Shown here piece by piece: positions 58,521 to 64,000 of a stretch of DNA of 64,000 nucleotides. The first letter of the stretch is position 1. Every line of letters begins with the position of its first letter. The stretch spans positions 124,001-188,000 of the forward strand of contig JBODTK010000115.1 in assembly GCA_050613775.1 (NCBI GenBank), read 5' to 3'. The notes under the pieces were generated by a model, which saw only the letters and a list, made by a program, of their open reading frames with translations, did no database searches and was not told the origin of the DNA. Source of the stretch: Neocallimastix sp. 'constans' (lineage: Eukaryota). The position numbers and the translations under genes are program-made.

Positions 58521-60224
58521 TATCTACTCTTATAGAAATTATAATTTATAAATATTATTACTTATATAAACATTATTATTTATACCTATGAAAATTACTA
58601 TTAAACTTTTATAAATATTATTTATTTTATAATTATTATTATTCAAATTTACATATATAATATATATCATATATAATATATATTTTTTATATTTTATATT
58701 TGTATTTTTTTTTTAACCTATTTAGTAAGAATGATTATTGGATTATAATGAAAATAAAAAAAAAAAAATTTTTTTTAATATTTTAATAGATTGATTATTT
58801 AACATAAAAGGAAACAAAAAAAAATAAAAATAAAAATAATCAATAAAAAATAAATTAAAATTAAAATTAATATATGTGCGGCATTTATTGCAATGTAATA
58901 AATAATATCATATAACAAATAAAAAAATTTTGAAATCTTAAAATTTTTTTAAATTAAAAAAAAGTTAATAATAAATGCTCTTAATATTTTATGATATATT
59001 GTAATGTATTATAATATATGTATGTCTATGTGTATTATATTTAATTGAATATTAAATAAATTCATCCATTTAATTTACTAAAAAAACAAAAATTAAAACT
59101 TTAAAAAAAAATTTAAAAAAAAAAAAAATTAAAATAATAATAATAATTCATAATAATTAATTAATAAATAGGAATTTAAGAAAAAAAAAGAAAGTATTTC
59201 TTTTTTTCTTTTCTTAATTGCTTTATTTTAAAAGTTAAAAACCATATTCATGACTTTGACTTGAAAAAAAAAAATTGGAATAATAATACAAATGTAATAT
59301 TGATAATTCTAATTAATAACGAAAGGATATACTTTGCTAATTATTTTAGAAAATAATAAATGATAAATTCATTATTAAAATTGTCAGATTTAACCGGTTT
59401 GAATAAATTCTTTCTATATTCATTTCATATTATAATTATATTCATAAAAATGAATTAAAGTATGCTTAGAGTTGTGGTATTAGAATAAAAGATTTTAAAT
59501 ATGCATAATAATTTCAAAAAAAAAAAAAGATATATATATCATAAAAGGAAAGAAAAAAAACAAATATATAATGTAATAGAACAACTAATTGGTATTAATA
59601 GCTTTATTTCTGTAAGATGGAACTATTTACTGAAATAAAAGTCTTTAAAGATAAATACTATTTATACAAAATTTTTTATAATATTTATATGTATAAACTT
59701 TTCTTATACTTTACCAATTTACACAATTATTTATTTAAAAAGAATTTAATAAATTACATAAATTACCAAATTTGCTAATTTACACAATTATTTATTTAAA
59801 AAGAAATTTCATAAATTTTAAAGTGCCTAGTCATTCTAATATTAATTTCATGAATTTTCATCATCAAAATAAAAATATATAATTAAATAAAATATAAATA
59901 AATGAAAGAATAGATAATAGATAAATAATATATATATTAAGTAGATAAATAAATAAGTATATAAATAAATCAATTAGTACATTTTGTTAATGGTGATATA
60001 AGAATACTATGACTATGAAATTAATTATTAATTAACTTATTAATAATTATTATATAATTCTTAATATAAATTGCACATTGTTTCGCTGTTATGAATTGTT
60101 GGAAAAAAAAATAAAATAAAATTATTTTGAGTTGTTTCATTAAGTTTTCTTATTGCTTTGGAATTTTTTTTTTACTTAATACTTTCGAATCTTCTCTTAA
60201 TTAATTAATTATTATTATTTTTTT

Positions 60225-60257
<33 letters not shown>

Positions 60258-60659
60258 AATATCTTGTTGTCAATTCTTCATATTTTTAACTTATTCTTAA
60301 AAATAAAATATTCATTTTAAAAAAAAAAAAAAATATTTTTTATTCTTTATATTAATAAAAAATTAAAATTTAAAGTTTTATATATCTTTAATAAAAATAT
60401 TCTTTAAAAATAAATTATTCTTTAATAAAATATTATTAAAAAAAAATATTTAAATAAAAGTTTCAGGAAAAAAAAATTTTTTTTTATTTTTATCTTATGT
60501 GATTATAGTATTTATGAAATTAATGTAACAAAAATATTTAAAAATAAAAGTTAATAATAAAATAATTATTTAGAAATATTTAATAAGTTCTAAATCACTT
60601 TATAATAAATATATATAATATTATTTTTTACTTCATTATAACATAATTCATTTTTTTTT

Positions 60660-61290
60660 AAACCCTAATACTCTTTTATTATACCAAATACAGTATTTAA
60701 TATTTATATTAGGAAATAATTTTCTCTCGCATTAGATATGCCTTTTTCTAAAACATAATGAAAATTTTTTGGAGTAATTATAGCATTATTGCTATATTTA
60801 TTATTATTTTTTTTTTTTGCTATTTCTTCAAATAACATCACCTAAGTAGTTTATTCTTTATTTTTTAATATCGAAAAAGAAGTAGTATAAAAAGTATTTA
60901 AATTATTAATATAAGTTCTAATAATAAACTGTTGATTACTAAATTTAGGTGCAATATTAAAGTTCCATCTGCATATATATCTTACATTATATTTCAAAAA
61001 AAAAAAAAAAAAAACAATTTTACTTTGAATGGGGATTAGAAGATTATTAAATATGGATTTTTGAATATCATAAATTCTCAATTCTTATCTATTTTATAAA
61101 TTTTGATTCATTAGGAATTTCATCAAGCTTTCTATCCTCAGCTGGTAGTTATTTATCTTTATTTCTTGTTATTTTGGAAATAATTGCATTATCTTCAGAC
61201 TATATGAATATATATATCCTATTTCTTTTGAAACTTCATTAAATATACATTTTATACCCAAAGGAACTGAACTTTTTCTAATTTTTCTAA
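60660..61290 (-). mobile_element. Decayed Mutator-like (MULE) transposase remnant
   Basis: Frameshifted minus-strand translation gives FMIFKNP..LIIF, IYADGTFNIAPKF, YTTSFSILKNKE, ITPKNFHYVLEKGISNA and FPNINIKYCIWY, matching the MULE pattern DGTF...D(F)E.....A....FP.....C.(W/F)H with mutated catalytic residues. Confidence 0.75.
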
Positions 61291-61389
61291 ATAAAAATTT
61301 AAATATATATATATATATGTATAAATCAATTAATGAATATTTTAATGATAAATAAATAAATAAATAAATAACTAAATAAATAAATAAAT

Positions 61390-61421
<32 letters not shown>

Positions 61422-61645
61422 AATATATAAATAAATAAAAAGATAAATATATAAATATAAATAAATATTTTATAATAGAAACATATTATTTTAATTAAAA
61501 TTACAGTTTTTTGATCAATTAAAATATATTTTATATTGAAATTTTTCTTTTAAAAAAATTTTTTTTTTAAAAATAAAAAAAAAATAGACTAAAATTTGTT
61601 CAATTATAGATTTTTAATTTAATTAATATTTTCAATACAAAAAAA

Positions 61646-64000
61646 ATGGGTGATGGCGGATTCTTCAAAGTAAGAAATATTTTTATTTAAATATAAAATT
61701 AAATTTAAATAATATAATAGCAATAAATAATTACATAAAATTCAAATTGTTAATTTTTATATTTTATATAGGATGTTTTTTATCCATTAATTTATTATCT
61801 TATTGTTCAAACATAAATTATATATATATTTTTTGTTTTTAAATGTATTATTTCTTGTATTTATATTTATTTTTTTATTTTTATTTAAAATGTTTTATTA
61901 CAAATACTTAATTGATTATCATAAATTTAGTTTTAAATGTTAGTTAAATAATTGTTATATATATATATATTTTATTCTTTTTTCATGATATTGATATGTC
62001 ATAATGAAAAGATGAATTATTAATGATCATAATTTAACAAAAGTTATATATAATATGTATTATTAAAATATATTAAACAATTTAATTTATATACTAATAA
62101 TTAATATTTGAATATTATAGGGGACGAGTTCTGAACAGGATAGTCGATTCAGTGATAAAACTAAAAAACAATTAAAAAATATGCATTTTCCTTCAATATT
62201 TAATAAAAAGGTATTCATTTTATATTATTAAATGAAAGTATAATTGTAAATTATTTTATTAATATATATATATATTTATATTAATAAATAAAATATTAAA
62301 GGTAAATTTAAAAAAGGTTAATATGGATACAATTCAACAGTGGATTAGGAAAAAAGTTATTGAAATCTTGGGAATGGAAGATGATGTATTAATTAATTAT
62401 ATATATGAAACATTAGAAGAATCTCCTGTAAATTTTAATTTTGTTATATTTTAATTTATTATTTTTAAAATTTTTTAAATATTAAATTATTAGATTTTGA
62501 ATAATAATAATTTAAAAAAAAAATATATATATATATATATAGTATTAAATTTCAAATTTATATTTTATAAAAGACCCCTGATCCAAAATTACTTCAATTA
62601 AATTTAACAGGATTTCTTGAAAAAAATACAGCTTCATTTGTTCATGATCTCTGGAAGCTCCTGCTTAGTGCGCAAGAAAATATTAGTGGTATCCCTAAAG
62701 AATTTATTGATGAAAAAATAAAAGAAATTCAAAAAAAAGAAGTAAATAATAATAAAAATAATTATTAATAATAAAATTAGTATAATGATAAAATCATTAT
62801 TATTATTATTTTATAAAATTTTAAATATAATAGTATTAAATTTACTTCATTATATATTATAGTTATAAAATTATAACAATTATTAATGTAATTAATATAA
62901 TTTGATTAATAATTTTTTTTTCTTTTTATTTTATTTTATTTTATTTTATTTTATTTTATTTTATTTTATTTTATTTTATTTTTTTTTTTTTTAAATATTT
63001 AATAGGCTGAAAGATTACGAATAGCCAATGAATTAAAACTAAAACGAGAGAAAGAAGAAAATGAAAGGAAAGAATTAGAAAAAATTAGAGAGAAAGAAAG
63101 AAAAGTAATAATAAAATAGATATTCATACAGATAAAAATGTAATAATATTTTATAAAAATTAATTATTAATTATTAATTATTATTATTATTATTATTTTT
63201 ATTTTCAATATCGTTATTTTATTTTATTTATATATAATTATATATTTTTTCTTCATTTATAATTGTTATTCTATGATTATTATTATCGATATAATTAAAT
63301 AATCCTTTTTAACAATATGTTAATATACAAAAAGGAAAGAGAAGAACAACGAAGAAATAGAGAAAAAAGGATTAGAAGTAGAAGTAGAAGTAGGAGTAGG
63401 AGTAGGAGTAGGAGTAGAAGCTATGATCGTGATCGTAAACGTAGACATAGATATAGTAGAAGTCGTAGTCGTGATTATAGTCGTAGTAGACGTCATGATG
63501 ATCATAAAAGATATACCAGTCATCATCGTCATCATAGAAGTAGATCACGCGATCATCATAATGAACGTAGTAGAGAATCAAAAGAAAAAAAGGAAAATAA
63601 TAGAGATAAAGATATTAAAGAAGATAAAGATAAAAAAGAGATAAATGAAAAAGAAGTAAACAAAAAAGAAGAAAATGAGAAAAAAGAAGAAATAAATAAT
63701 AAAGAAAATATGACAATAGATGATATTGATGAAGATGAATTAAGCCTTGAAGAAAATGAATTATATAAAAATGATGAAGAAGAAGATGGTAGTGATTTAG
63801 GAGGTGATATGGATTTAATTAATGAAGATTTAACAGAAAAGCAATTGATTATGGATAATGATAATAAACAAAAGAATAAAGAAGAAGATGAAGAAATGAA
63901 GGATACAAGTGATAACGAACAAAATAATTCTGATGATGATAAAGATAATAGTAATAATGAAAAAAATAGAGTTCAAAGTCACGAACGTGGTAGTCGTCGT
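61646..64000 (+). CDS. SRRM1: PWI-domain, RS-rich splicing factor (SRRM1/SRm160-like), 3' incomplete; exons 61646-61669, 62121-62210, 62302-62427, 62574-62741, 63006-63104, 63335 to beyond window
   Basis: MGDGGFFKGTSSEQDSRFSDK...VNMDTIQQWIRKKVIEILGMEDDVLINY...PDPKLLQLNLTGFLEKNTASFVHDLWKLLLSAQENISGIP, followed by RS dipeptide repeats. Confidence 0.93.

Overview
An extremely AT-rich eukaryotic window with short GT-AG introns, long homopolymers and microsatellites. Composition and gene content fit an anaerobic gut fungus (Neocallimastigomycota); that assignment is an inference. Host genes, with exons assembled by hand: an intronless Skp1 paralog plus a Skp1 pseudogene, Ydj1/DNAJA, a ~2,750-aa winged-helix plus APSES/KilA-N protein, Bud20/ZNF593, a penta-EF-hand protein, a multi-BRCT Rtt107/Brc1-like protein, a SAM-domain kinesin-13, and a PWI/RS SRRM1-like gene running off the right end. 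Mobile DNA: one young 5'-truncated LINE with poly(A) tail and a 14-bp target-site duplication, a cluster of decayed LINE fragments, several short polyadenylated ends, a decayed MULE transposase and a possible LTR/gag relic. The most striking signal is a dispersed ~35-bp conserved unit (AAATAGTAGAATATGAATATAAAGTACAGATTGAAT) embedded in variable-length (AAAAT)n runs. It forms two arrays and two solo copies, and the young LINE is inserted inside one solo copy. A second dispersed family is a 7-mer satellite anchored on a conserved palindrome. No CRISPR-Cas, rRNA or tRNA was recognised.
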